64,000 bases of DNA from Pristiophorus japonicus. Lineage: Eukaryota. Below the pieces are notes generated by a model, which did no database searches, was not told where the DNA came from, and saw only the letters and a program-made list of their open reading frames with translations. Location: the NCBI RefSeq assembly GCF_044704955.1, contig NC_091996.1:95418001-95482000 (forward strand), read 5' to 3'. Positions 37,835 to 50,900 of this stretch are shown here, one piece after another. The position numbers and the translations under genes were made by a program. The first letter of the stretch is position 1, and each line of letters opens with the position of its first letter.

Positions 37835-38106
37835 CCCCAGGAGGAGGCAAGCTGGACTGCGCTTACTGACTGTGATGTCTCTGCTTGGTGAAGAATTGTC
37901 CTGACAAATGTCAGGAGGTGTCACTGGGACAGTGCCCACCCTGCTCTGCCTGGGATGTCGTTGATCTGGTCGGTGGAAATCAGGCTTTATGTAGTGACAA
38001 CGCTGTATTTAAGCTATAAATATATATATGTTTACTAAACTGTGTCTCCCTCCTTTTTGGGGAATAGGGTTGACTGATCCATATTCACTCATCTACTGGA
38101 TGTGGT

Positions 38107-38721
38107 CATAAGAACATGGAGTAGGCCATTTGGCCCCTCGAGCCTGCTCCGCCATTTAAAAAAAATCATGGCTGATCCGATCATGGACTTGGGTCTACTA
38201 ACCCGCCTGCTCCCCATAACCCCTTATTGGTTAAGAAACTGTCTATCTGTCTTAAATTTATTCAATGTCCCAGCTTCCACAACTGTGAGGCAGCGAATTC
38301 CACAGATTTACAACCCTCTGAAAAGAAATTCCTCCATCTCAGTTTTAAATGGGCGGCCCCTTATTCTAAGATCGTGCCCCCTAGTTCTAGTCTCCCCCAT
38401 CAGTGGAAACATCCTCTCTGAATCCACCTTGTTAAGCCCCCTCATAATCTCATACGTTTTGATAAGATCACCTCTCATTCTTCTGAATTCCAATGAGTAG
38501 AGGCCCAACCTCCTCAATCTTTCCTCATTAGTCAACCCCCTCATCGCCGGAATCAACCGAGTGAACCTTCTCTGAACTGCCTCCAAAGCAAGTATATCCT
38601 TTTGTAAATATGGAAGCCAAAACTGCATGCAGTATTCCAGGTGTGGCCTCACCAATACCCTGTATAACTGTAGCAAGACTTCCCTGCTTTTATACTCCAT
38701 CCCCTTTGCAATAAAGGTCAA
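38107..38721 (-). mobile_element. CR1 LINE 3' fragment
   Basis: FIAKGMEYKSREVLLQLY...HLEYC..FW...RGRPFKTEM. Confidence 0.88.
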
Positions 38722-39061
38722 GTCTATGCTTTTTAATGCTTCCCAGACAAGGTCGGTTGGCTTCTGATGCTACAGCCTTGTGTGAACGGGGTTGGCTGCA
38801 TAACCCCATTGTTAATGTTTGGAGCCACCATTGAACAAGTATCTACAACATGGAGAGGACACTGATGTTGAGATTGGGAAGCAAGCAGATTGCTAACACG
38901 ACTGTTAGCGCAGCTGAAGAACTCTTTGACAGGGGAGTGCTTCATCTGAACAATCCCTGCTCCCTTGCATTAATTCACGCCCCAGCAGCTTGCCATTCCT
39001 TCCCACCCCCCCCCCCCCCGCCAATCAAATAAATTGAATGACCCCAAGGACCAACCTTGAT

Positions 39062-39485
39062 GAGCTGTCAGCTGTGGCTCTGTCGGTATCACTCTTGCCA
39101 GAGTCAGATTGGGTTCAAATCTGCCTTCCTGAGATTTGAGTATATAATCCAGGTCGATGTTTCCCAGTGCAGTACTGAGGGAGTGCTGCACTGTCACAGA
39201 TCCCACCTTTTCGGATGAGATGTTAAACCAAAGCCCTATCTTCTCCGCCCTACCCACCCCCCCAGATGGACTGAAGATCGCATGGCCTCTATGCGAAGAG
39301 GCCCTGGTGTCCTGGCCAATGTTATCCCTCAACAGATGATCTGATCATCATCACATTGCTATTTGAGGGAGCTTGCTGTGTGCAAACTGGGTTTCCCTAA
39401 ACTACAACAGTGATTACGCTTCATTGGCTACCAAAGTGCTTTGGAAGATCCTGAGGTGAACAGGTGCTGTACAAATACAAATTCT
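39062..39485 (+). mobile_element. Deu-domain SINE, unexpanded (single 33-mer) older copy
   Basis: tRNA-like head, one CAGTACTGAGGGAGTGCTGCACTGTC unit, body and tail. Confidence 0.72.
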
Positions 39486-40040
39486 GTCTATTGTACAGTG
39501 AGTGAGGCCATTCCGACCCTTTCAATCGGCTCACTGTCTCCTACACTTGGTGTGGCCGAGTCTCCTGGATTGGGACAGTGGGATAGGAATCTCCCAGGCA
39601 CTGCTTCGAACAGCCCGTGAGCTCTGTCCCTTTTTTAAACGAGGACAGAAAGAATAGGTCATGAAATAGGTGCTGGTCCTTGGCAGATTTATACTGATCC
39701 ACCGCTGACTTCAGGCAGTTCTTAGGGACACTTGCAAACAGCGAGGACCAATATGGTCCCTCGCCTCACCCCATAACACTCAGTGAAGTGCCTTAAGATA
39801 TTTTACTACATTAAAGGCACAACACACATGCAAATTGTTATAGACCCCAAGAGGCTTCAGTACTTTATAGGGTTAATTACCACCAACGATGTCTCTGCAA
39901 GATCCTGCAAATCCCCTGGGAGGGCAGACGCACCAACGTTGGTGTCCTCGACCAGGCCCAACAGCCCCAGCATTGAAGCACTGACCACACTCGATCAGCT
40001 CCGCTGGGCAGGCCACATTATAGCATCCTATCTACATCTA

Positions 40041-40800
40041 GAGTCAGCTGGGGCTCAGTGGACAGCACTCTTGCCCAAGTCAGGAGGTCGTGGGTGCGAG
40101 TCCCACTCCAGAGACTTGAGCACATAAATCCAGGCTGACACTCCCCGTGCAGTGCTGAGGGAGCGCCGCACTGTCGGAGGGGCAGTGCTGAGGGAGTGCC
40201 GCACTGTCGGAGGGGCAGTACTGAGGGAGTGCCGCACTGTCGGAGGGGCAGTACTGAGGGAGTGCTGCACTGTCGGAGGGGCAGTGCTGAGGGAGTGCTG
40301 CACTGTCGGAGGGGCGGTGCTGAGGGAGCGCCGCACTGTCGGAGGGGCAGTACTGAGGGAGCGCCGCACTGTCGGAGGGGCGGTGCTGAGGGAGTGCCGC
40401 ACTGTCAGAGGGGCGGTGCTGAGGGAGCGCCGCACTGTCGGAGGGGCGGTGCTGAGGGAGTGCCGCACTGTCGGAGGGGCGGCCTTTCAGATGAGACGTT
40501 AAACCGAGGCCCTGTCTGCTCTCTCAAGTGGACGTAAAAGATCCCATGGCACTATTTTAAAGAAGAGCAGGGGAGTTATCCCCGGTGTCCTGGGGCCAAT
40601 ATTTAACCCTTAATTAACATAACAAAAGATTATTTGGTCATTACCACATTGCTGTTTGTGGGAGCTTGCTGTGCACAAATTGGCTGCTGCGTTTCCCACA
40701 TTACAACAGTGACTACACTCGAAAAGTACTTAATTGGCTGTAAACACTTTGAGATGTCCGGGGGTTGTGAAAGGCACTATATAAATGCAAGTCTTTTTCT
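40041..40800 (+). mobile_element. Full-length Deu-domain SINE with ~10-unit 33-bp array
   Basis: Head with A-box-like GGCTCAGTGG and B-box-like GGTGCGAGTCCC, array 40150-40480, body, tail GGCACTATATAAATGCAAGTCTTTTTCTTT. Confidence 0.85.
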
Positions 40801-41504
40801 TTTAATGAATACATTTCCCTAACATGCTGCCACGTTAAGTGACATTCCCTTAACACGATTGAGTGATCGCCCATGGGCATGCAAAGTGGGGCATGCAGTG
40901 TTCGAGAGTTCCTGGGATTGCCGTTAGTAATTTTGCACGATCCTTCAACCACCTCCTTCAGCATTGTTTTGATAGTGCAGTTTATTCATTCCAATTGACA
41001 ACAATTAGACCTCACGCACTGCAATTCACCTTGTAACTTACCTCAAAATAAATACCTTGTTCGACAAGTAATTCTCATTTGTCAGGCTGCGTTGGCACAT
41101 TAAGTGAAGAATTCAACAGTGACCGGGAGGCTTCTTGTGTTGTTGGTCTGTGCCCCGATCCTGCCCCCAATGGGGAGCTGTTCAATGGGGAGAATCTGTG
41201 GTATCATCCAGTAAGCAAAGGACTCAACCAGTTGGGCAATTACAATCGGCCTCAACCCAAAGATGAGGAACGGAAATTTGTTGGGGAGGGAGTTCCAGGA
41301 TTTTGACCCAGTGACGATGAAGGAACAGCCGATATATTTCCAAGTCGGGATGGTGTATGACTTGGAGGGGAACGTGGAGGTGGTGGTCTTCCCATGGGCC
41401 TGCTGCCCTTGTCCTTCTAGACAGTAGAGGTCGCAGGTTTGGGAAGTTCCTGTTCTTGATCATTGTCTCGTGAAAAACCAAAGATCCCCCCCCCACCCCA
41501 TAAA

Positions 41505-42270
41505 CTAACCCATCGAACCAACCAAACCCCTCAACTAACCAACCCATCGATCTAACCAAACCTCTCAACTAACCAACCCATCGATCTAACCAAACCCCTC
41601 AACTAACCAACCCATCGATCTAACCAAACCCCTCAACTAACCAACCCATCGATCTAACCAAACCTCTCAACTAACCAACCCATCGATCTAACCAAACCCC
41701 TCAACTAACCAACCCATCGATCTAACCAAACCCCTCAACTAACCAACCCATCGATCTAACCAAACCCCTCAACTAACCAACCCATCGATCTAACCAAACC
41801 CCTCAATAACCAACCCATCGATCTAACCAAACCCCTCAACTAACCAAACCCCTCAACTAACCAACCCATCGATCTAACCAAACCCCTCAACTAACCAACC
41901 CATCGATCTAACCAAACCCCTCAATAACCAACCCATCGATCTAACCAAACCCCTCAATAACCAACCCATCGATCTAACCAAACCCCTCAACTAACCAAAC
42001 CCCTCAACTAACCAACCCATCGATCTAACCAAACCCCTCAACTAACCAACCCATCGATCTAACCAAACCCCTCAACTAACCAACTCATCGATCTAACCAA
42101 ACCCCTCAACTAACCAACCCATCGATCTAACCAAACCCCTCAACTAACCAACTCATCGATCTAACCAAACCCCTCAACTAACCAACTCATCGATCTAACC
42201 AAACCCCTCAACTAACCAACCCATCGATCTAACCAAACCCCTCAACTAACCAACTCATCGATCTAACCAA
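41505..42270. repeat. 34-bp minisatellite (~22 copies)
   Basis: Unit AACCAACCCATCGATCTAACCAAACCCCTCAACT. Confidence 0.92.
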
Positions 42271-43393
42271 CCCATCCACCCAACGGACTAAGCCATTCTC
42301 CACCTAACACCAAACCCAGTTGCATGACAAACAAGCAGTGATTTAACTTAATGAATGCCATAGAAAGCCACATATACCCAAAGACAGCCGGCACTGTAGG
42401 CAGTGCAGATGCAAGCTTGGGGTTAGCCCTGCGAAGGAGCTGTGCCAAGGGCTTCCTGGTCTTTACGACGGCGACGAGCCGCGATGAGACGTTGATGGCG
42501 CTGGCTGCTCACGAGTCACACCTGTACGGAGACATCATTCTTTGGGATTTTGAAGAACATCGCGCCAATTTAACCCTGCAGGTGAGCTGTCTCCTGTAGT
42601 GGCTGAACGATGAATGCACTGCAGCAGACGTTGTTCTTAAAGGCGAGTGCACTGGTCGCTGGGCTGCTGGGTTTGTTGGGTGGAGTGGTTGATGTCTGAT
42701 TAAATTGTGGCTAACTGTCAGTGGCCAGTCTCGGTGAATGGGTTGCTGAGGTAATGGTGAGTGGCTTGATAGGCAATTTGTTTATTGGCGAATAGGCCGA
42801 TGCAGCCTTCGATCCCAAGCCCCTCCCCCCACTCTCTGTCAATATCTCTTTAAGAACAGTAGGGGTGGCCGTGATTTGGTATAAAGAGTATCAATGTTTA
42901 TTTACGTAATAAATAAACTCACGGCCGTTCAGGAACTGTAAACAGGATGCTGCCTCCCATATCAAACCCAAGGAGAGAGAACAATGGATCCATCTGACTC
43001 ATCACCCGTCTGTGTCCTTCCTTCCTTCCTTGTAGTTGATGGAGCCACTGTTCCCTGACTCAATGCAGCTCCAAGCCGAGCCTCCTTCGATCAGCTACCG
43101 AGCTGTGCTGTACATCGTGGATAGGCATTCACTGAATTCACCCTCATGGTAACCGCTGTGACTCGTTCCTTGGAGACACAAAGGGCTGTGGTCTGTGGGG
43201 AGGGATGTTTTTAGGTCCAAAGTGGATGACCTCACATTTGCGGACATTGAAATCTATTTGCCACAGCTTAGCCCATTCACTTAATCTATTGATATTCCTT
43301 TGTAATTTTATGCTTTCATCTACACTGTCTACGATGTCGCATATCTTTGTGTCATAGACAAATGTGGATATATGACTTTCTGTGCCATCATCT

Positions 43394-43921
43394 CATCATC
43401 ATAGGCAGTCCCTCGAAGCGAGGATGACTTGCTTCCACGCCGAAAAGGGATGAGTTCTCAGGTGTTTCAATGAAGGACCTAATATTCCGGATCCTGAACT
43501 ACATCCTGAAGGGTGGAAGATGCCTGTGGGTGGATTTTTTTAACGTGGGGTGACCGTTGCACACCAGCCACCACACGGGGCTTGACAGAGCGAGGTCTCG
43601 GTCCAGTGGCAAGGGTTAACCAGGACGACTGGAGACCAGCTCCGCTGCACGGACCCAGTGTGCACACATATCGCAGTGTGGGCTGGCCTTTGCTGCCCCT
43701 GGGCCCTCGCCTCTTCTGGGCCCCGAACTCTCGCCTCTCCTGGGCCCCGATCACGTCCCTCTACGAACTCTCGCCGCTCCTTTGCCCCGACCTCGCCGCT
43801 CCTGCTGTACCTGCCCGCACTGCAGTCAGCCGTCGCCCTCCTGCAGCAGCACGCGCTGCTCCCTGCAGTGGCATGCCACCTAACGCTGCTCCCTCTAATA
43901 GTCCCGGCCTGCTGATGGTCT
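43394..43921 (-). mobile_element. Non-autonomous RTE-tailed short element (copy 2), inserted in a CR1 fragment
   Basis: Perfect 11-bp TSD TGCCATCATCT (43383-43393 / 43922-43932); (TGA)n tail and ~45-nt 3' end nearly identical to the RTE at 28443. Confidence 0.8.
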
Positions 43922-44552
43922 TGCCATCATCTAAGTCATTAATAAATACGGTGAATAGTTGAGGCCCCGACACAGATCCCTGCGGGACACCACCAGTTAC
44001 TGTTATAATGTAGGAAACGCGGACGCCAATTTGCTTTGGGGCGCGACATTAAAGCGAATCCCCGTCTGCCCTCTCAGCTCAACGTACAGGATCCCACGGC
44101 ACTATTGCGAGAGCAGGGGAGTTCTCCCCAGTGTCCTGGGCCAATACTTATCCCTCAACTCTTGTCACCATGACAGATTAACTGGTCATTACCATATTGC
44201 TGATTGTGGGAGCTTGCTGTGCGCCAATTGGAGGCTGCGTTTCCTACATGACAACAGTGGCTGCATTTCAAAAGTAACAATAAATGGTTTTGGAATGCCA
44301 TGGGATGTTGTGAGGTTGTGCGTGGCACTGTAGAAATGTATGTATGTCTTTTTTTGGCTGTCTGTCTGTGTCACTGCGCTGACTCGGATTTACTTTGCTC
44401 TCTCGAAGCCGGCGATGATGAATTTGTCAACCCCGAGGCAGTCATGAACTGCATCACCGGCGATGAAAATGCAGCAACGGTCATTTCTGGTTACATCCAC
44501 AGGCAGGCCGTGGTGCAACGAGACGGCAAGGACAAGGTGAGCCGGGACCTTT

Positions 44553-45198
44553 CATCATCATCAAAGGCAGTCCCTCGGAATCGAGGAAGACTTGCTTCCA
44601 CTCTTAACATGAGTCCTTAGCTGGCTGAACAGTCCAATACGAGAGCCACAGTCCCTGTCACAGGTGGGACAAACACTGGTTGAGGGAAGGGGAGGGTGGG
44701 ACTGGTTTGCCGCACGCCCCTTCCGCTGCCTGCGCTTGGTTTCTGCATGCTCTCGGCGACGAGACTCAAGGTGCTCAGCACCCTCCCGGATGCACTTCCT
44801 CCACTTAGGGCGGTCTTTGGCCAGGGACTCCCAGGTGTCAGTGGGGATGTTGCACTTTATCAGGGAGGCTTTGAGAGTGGTCCCTTGTAACGTTTCCTCT
44901 GCCCACCTTTGGCTCGTTTGCCGTGAAGGAGTTCCGAGTAGAGCGCTTGCTTTGTGAGTCTCGTGTCGGGCATGCGGACAATGTGGCTCTGCCCAGCGGA
45001 GCTGATCGAGTGTGGTCAGTGCTTCGATGCTGGGGATGTTGGCCTAGTCGAGGACGCTAACGTTGGTGCGTCTGTCCTCCCAGGGGATTTGCAGGATCTT
45101 GCAGAGACATCGTTGGTGGTATTTTTCCAGCGACTTGAGGTGTCTACTGTATATGGTCCACGTCTCTGAGCCAACAGGAGGGCGGGTATTACTACAGC
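44553..45198 (-). mobile_element. RTE LINE 3' fragment inside the GT31 exon
   Basis: Same RTE family as 28443-29366; CCTTT at both junctions (44548-44552 / 45199-45203). Confidence 0.88.
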
Positions 45199-45599
45199 CC
45201 TTTACCCTGCCAACATCTACGCAGACTACCCATCTGGCGGAGGATACCTGAGCCTTACCGGCAATCCAGGAAATTATCCGTTTTTCCCGTGGACGAGGTC
45301 TTCATGGGATTTATGGTCTGGCCAGCAAGATCCCACTGATACATGAGCACCGTTTTTACATGTCGAGTACAGGCTGCAGCGATTTAAGGAGGCATTTGTT
45401 GAAAACAAAGTAGTTTTTGATAAGATTAGCAAAATGTGGGATAAGCTGCAGAGGGAAAAGTAGCAGGAGCAACTGTGGGTGGATAAAGGTCTGGTTTGTG
45501 TGGTGGGGAGGGTGGAAGAGAGAAAACTCCATGTTTATGTATTGTCATCTTCTGGCAACTGGACTGTGCCTAACTCACCTCGGTTATGTTACAGTTTAT

Positions 45600-46735
45600 A
45601 TAAAGCTCGGGTCAGACCCTGTCTGGAGTAACTGCGTCCAGTCCTGGGCCCCGACCCTCAGGGAGGTGTATATCGGCCTCGGAGGGGGAGCAGATTCCCC
45701 AGACTGATACCCGGGGCTGAAAGGGTTAAATTCCGAGGGCAGGTCGCACAGACTGGGCCTGTATTCCCTCGAGTGTAGAAGATTAAGGGGCGATTTAATC
45801 GAGGGGTTTAAAGGAGTTGACAGGATAGAGAGAGAGAAACTATTCCCTCTGGTGGGGGGGGTCCAGAACAAGGGGGGCGTCACCTTAAAATGAGAGCCAG
45901 GCCGTTCAGGGTGATGTCAGGAAGCACTTCTTCACACAAAGGGCCCTGGGAATCTGGAACTCTCTCCCCCAAAAAGCTGCTGAAGCCGGGAGTCAACTGG
46001 AAATTTCAACACTGAGACCGGTCGATTTTTGGTGGGAAAGTTACTGAGGATTACAGATCCAAGGCAGGTAAATAGGGTCATCCATGATGCAACTGAATGG
46101 GGAACAGGCCAGAGGGGCTGAATGGGCCTCCTCCTGTTCCTGTGTAACGGGCTGAATGGGCCTCCTCCTGTTCCTGTGTAACAGACTCGAGGGGCTTAAT
46201 GGGCCTCCTCCTGTTCCTGTGTAACAGGCTCGAGGGGCTGAATGGGCCTCCTCCTGTTCCTGTGTAACAGGCTCGAGGGGCTGAATGGGCCACCTCCTGT
46301 TCCTGTGTAACAGACTCGAGGGGCTGAATGGGCCTCCTCCTGTTTCTGTGTAACAGGTTCGAGGAGCTGAATGGGCCTCCTCCTGTTCCTGTGTAACAGG
46401 CTCGAGGGGCTGAATGGGCCACCTCCTGTTCCTGTGTAACAGGCTCGAGGGGCTGAATGGGCCACCTCCTGTTCCTGTGTAACAGACTCGAGGGGCTGAA
46501 TGGCCTCCTCCTGTTCCTGTGTAACAGACTCGAGGGGCTGAATGGCCTCCTCCTGTTCCTGTGTAACAGGCTCGAGGGGCTGAATGGGCCTCCTCCTGTT
46601 CCTGTGTAACAGGCTCGAGGGGCTGAATGGGCCACCTCCTGTTCCTGTGTAACAGGCTCGAGGGGCTGAATGGGCCTCCTCCTGTTCCTGTGTAACAGGC
46701 TCGAGGGGCTGAATGGGCCGCCTCCTGTTCCTGCT
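45600..46735 (+). mobile_element. CR1 3' fragment whose terminal segment is amplified as a 43-bp tandem array (46105-46735)
   Basis: CR1 RT C-terminal remnant, then ~14 units of AACAGGCTCGAGGGGCTGAATGGGCCTCCTCCTGTTCCTGTGT, matching the CR1 3' terminus. Confidence 0.83.
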
Positions 46736-46975
46736 CCTCACACACAGATCCCACAGAGAGAGAGAGAGGGATCTGTTAAATCTCACTCCATTCACAGTGA
46801 TTGATTGTTTTGCTCAGATTTACCTGTGCTGGCGGATTCTCGGTAATTCCAGATGCCATCAGTGTTTGGGACCAGTCGGATAATCAGAAACTTGATATTA
46901 ACATTAAAATATTTGTCCTTCTGTTTATTCGAAGCACACTCGGTTAATTCGTAAACACAAGGTGTCCACACACCG

Positions 46976-47140
46976 TCTGATTGGCGGGTCTCTGGGCTCC
47001 GCTGATTGGCGGGTCAGTGGGCTCCGTTGATTGGCGGGTCTCTGGGCTCCGCTGATTGGCGGGTGAGTGGGCTCCGCTGATTGGCGGGTCTCTGGGCTCC
47101 GCTGACTGGCGGGTCTCTGGGCTCCGCTGATTGGTGGGTC
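46976..47140 (+). promoter_or_regulatory. Candidate ZNHIT1 promoter: 25-bp tandem repeat of inverted CCAAT boxes
   Basis: 7 units of GCTGATTGGCGGGTCTCTGGGCTCC, ATTGG at 46980, 47005, 47030, 47055, 47080, 47130 (47105 is ACTGG), in a CpG-rich region 120-280 bp upstream of the ATG. Confidence 0.65.
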
Positions 47141-47258
47141 GGGGGATTTGCTGCAGTTCTTGCTCCGGCTGCGGGGGCCGCTGTCGGGGGAGGCGGAAGC
47201 TCCGCCGTTAGACTCGTCCCCCGGCCCCGAGTGCAGCGCGGAATTGTCTCCGGCCGGG

Positions 47259-47889
47259 ATGGTGGAGAAGAAGCGGGAGAGCTGGGGTAAGGCCCGGGGC
47301 CTGGGGCAAGGTACCGGGGTCGGGGTCTGACGCAAGGCCCGGGGTCTGAGGCAAAGTCCGGGGTCTGAGGCAAGGCCCGGGGCCGGGGGTTGGGTCAAGG
47401 CCCGGGGGCCGGGGTCTGAGGCAAGGCCCGGGGGCCGGGGGCCGGGGTCTGAGGCAAAGCCCGGGGCCGGGGGTTGGGTCAAGGTCCGGGGTCTGAGGCA
47501 AAGCCCGGGGGTTGGGTCGCACTCACTCACCGCCCTCTCCCTCTCTCCCTCCCCAGGCAGGACCGCGGACGGCGGACAGCGCCGGGTTCTGGACCCCGCC
47601 ACCCGGCAGCGCCGCCTGAACCGCCAGCTGGACGCCCTGGAGCGGGACAACTTCCAGGATGACCCGCACGCCAACCTCCCGCAGCTCAAGCGCCTGCCGC
47701 AGTTCGACGAGCAACCCGAGTCCGGTAATAGGGAGAGTGAGAGAGAGTGAATGGAGAGAGAGAGTGAGTGAGTGAATGGGGAGAGAGTGAGTGAGTGAAT
47801 GGGGAGAGAGAGTGAGTGAGTGAATGGGGAGAGAGAGTGAATGGGGAGTGATGGAGATGGAGAGAGAGAGTGAATGGAGAGAGAGAGAG

Positions 47890-47926
<37 letters not shown>

Positions 47927-50900
47927 TGATGGAGATAGAGAGAGAGAGAATGAGTGAATAGAGAGAGAGTGAGTGAGTGGAGAGTGATGTAGATGGAGAT
48001 GGAGAGAACGAGAGAGCGAGCGAGAATGGAGATGTGGGGAGAGAGAGAGAGAGAGAGAGAATAGAGAGAGAGAGCGCGTCGCGCGCATAGAGAGGGGGAG
48101 GGCTGGGAGAGTGAGGGTGGAGGAATGGAGGGGGGTGGAGGATGGGAGTGTGAGGGAATGGAGAGAGAGAATGTATAGACGGGGGAAGAGAGGCAGACGT
48201 GGGCAGAGATGATTTCGGGAGAGAGCGAGAGGGGAGTTTTGAAGAGTGTGTGCGGGGGCCTCAAGTGCTTGTGTTTTTTAAGGCCCATGTGACGTGCGTT
48301 AAGTGCATCGTTTTGGGATATTGTTTTTAAATGTTTCAAAAATTGCACAATATATATTTAATAAATGTGATAATGTTGACTGAGGGGGCCAGGGGAGATG
48401 GAGTGGGAGGGATATGATTACTAACACTGCTGGAACAGAGTGCTGGTGATGACTTTCTGTTTGTTTCAGCAAAGAAGAAGAAAAAAACCCGCGGGGATCA
48501 CTTCAAGCAACGATTCAGGAAGAATTTCCAGTCCCTGTTGGAGGAACAGGTAAGGTTAGTGACCGGGCTGTGTTGGTGGGGAGGGCTGACTAACTGTGCC
48601 TATGTGGAGAGCACTGGCCGGCTTGCACCCACGTGGGTATGGGGCTGTGTCTGTGTGTGTGGTGTGTCATCAGAGGCAGTCCCTCGGAATCGAGGAAGAC
48701 TTGCTTCCACTCTAAAAATGAGTCCTTAGGTGGCTGAACAGTCCAATACAAGAGCCACAGTCCCTGTCTCAGGTGGGACAGACAGTGGTTGAGGGAAGGG
48801 GAGGGTGGGACAGGTTTGCCGCACACTCCTTCCGCTGCCTGCGCTTGGTTTCTGCACGCTCTCGGCGACGAGACTCGAGGTGCTCAGCGCCCTCCCGGAT
48901 GCACTTCCTCCACTGAGGGCGGACTGGTCTTTGGCCAGGGACTCCCAGGTGTCGGTGGGGATGTTGCATTTTATCAGGGAGGCTTTGAGGGTGGTCCCTT
49001 GTAACGTTTCCTCTGCCCACCTTTGGCTCATTTGCCGTGAAGGAGTTCCGAGTAGAGCGCTTGCTTTGGGAGTCTCGTGTCTGGCATGTGGACAATGTGG
49101 CCCTGCCCAGCGGAGCTGGTCGAGTGTGGTCAGTGCTTCGATGTTGGCCTGGTCGAGGACGCTAACGTTGGTTCGTCTGTCCTCCCAGGGGATTTGCAGG
49201 ATCTTGCGGAGACATCGTTGGTGATATTTCTCCAGCGACTTGAGGTGTCTGCTGTACACGGCCCATGTCTCTGAGCCCATACAGGAGGGCGGGTATTACG
49301 ACAGCCCTGTAGACCATGAACTCGGTGGTAGATTTGAGGGTCTGGTCTTCAAACACACTCTTCCTCAGGCGGCCAAAGGATGCAGTGGCGTACTAGAGGC
49401 AGTGTTGGATCTCGTCGTCAATCATCCCCTCCCTCTTCCCCCCCTCCCCCATCCCTCTTCCCCCCCCCCCCCCATCCCTCTTCCCCCCCCCCCCCCATCC
49501 CTCTTCCCCCCCCCCCCCCATCCCTCTTCCCCCCCCCCCCCCCCCCATCCCTCTTCCCCCCCCCCCCATCCCTCTTCCCTTCCCCCCCCCCCAATCCATC
49601 TTCCNNNNNNNNNNNNNNNNNNNNNNNNNNNNNNNNNNNNNNNNNNNNNNNNNNNNNNNNNNNNNNNNNNNNNNNNNNNNNNNNNNNNNNNNNNNNNNNN
49701 NNNNNNNNNNNNNNNNNNNNNNNNNNNNNNNNNNNNNNNNNNNNNNNNNNNNNNNNNNNNNNNNNNNNNNNNNNNNNNNNNNNNNNNNNNNNNNNNNNNN
49801 NNNNCCAAAACAAACCCCCACAAAACCCAACAAAACCCAAAACCAAAAACAAAAACCAACAAACCACAAAACAAACAAAACACAACAAACCACAAAACCA
49901 AAAAACAAAAAACAAAAACAACCCAAAAAACCCCAACACAAACAAAAAACAAAAAACCAAACAACACACCCCCATCCCTCTTCCCTTCCCCCCCATCCCT
50001 CTTCCCTTACCCCCCATCCCTCTTCCCTTACCCCCCATCCCTCTTCCCTTACCCCCCATCCCTCTTCCCTTCCCCCCCATCCCTCTTCCCTTCCCCCATC
50101 CCTCTTCCCTTACCCCCCATCCCTCTTCCCTTACCCCCCATCCCTCTTCCCTTACCCCCCATCCCTCTTCCCTTACCCCCCATCCCTCTTCCCTTACCCC
50201 CATCCCTCTTCCCTTACCCCCATCCCTCTTCCCTTACCCCCCATCCCTCTTCCCTTACCCCCCATCCCTCTTCCCTTACCCCCCATCCCTCTTCCCTTCC
50301 CCCCATCCCTCTTCCCTTCCCCCATCCCTCTTCCCTTCCCCCATCCCTCTTTCCCTCATCCCTCTTCCTTCCCCCCATCCCTCTTCCCTTCCCCCCCATC
50401 CCTCTTCCCTTCCCCCCATCCCTCTTCCCTTCCCCCCATCCCTCTTCCTTCCCCCCATCCCTCTTCCCTTCCCCCCATCCCTCTTCCTTCCCCCATCCCT
50501 CTTTCCCTCCCCATCCCTCTTCCCTTCCCCCATCCCTCTTCCCTTCCCCCATCCCTTTCCCCCCATCCCTCTTTCCCCCCATCCCTCTTTCCCCCCATCC
50601 CTCTTTCCCCCCATCCCTCTTTCCCCCCATCCCTCTCTTCCCCCCATCCCTCTTTCCCCCCATCCCTCTTTCCCCCATCCCTCTTTCCCCCATCCCTCTT
50701 TCCCCCCATCCCTCTTTCCCCCATCCCTCTTTCCCCCATCCCTCTTTCCCCCCATCCCTCTTTCCCCCCATCCCTCTTTCCCCCCCATCCCTCTTTCCCC
50801 CCCATCCCTCTTTCCCCCCCATCCCTCTTTCCCCCCATCCCTCTTTCCCCCCATCCCTCTTTCCCCCCATCCCTCTTTCCCCCCCATCCCTCTTTCCCCC

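Larger units (their letters stand above)
42310..45360 (+). pseudogene. GT31 glycosyltransferase (B3GNT/B3GALT-like) pseudogene, at least two exons
   Basis: AIESH...AWG...ESHLYGDIILWDFEE..ANLTL...*WL..EC..A.VVLK (to 42642), then from 44409 AGDDEFVN...G.I....V.RDGK, after the RTE insertion LYP..Y.DYPSGGGY...FP/VDEVFMG; in-frame stop 42597-42599, frameshifts, GC donor, RTE inside exon. Confidence 0.8.

Noticed and set aside
40041-40115. tRNA gene
   Set aside because: Degenerate A/B boxes continue directly into the SINE body; it is a SINE head
49805-49968. A/C-only tract encoding a K/N/Q/T-rich peptide
   Set aside because: Abuts the N gap and lacks G and T entirely; most likely low-quality or gap-filling sequence
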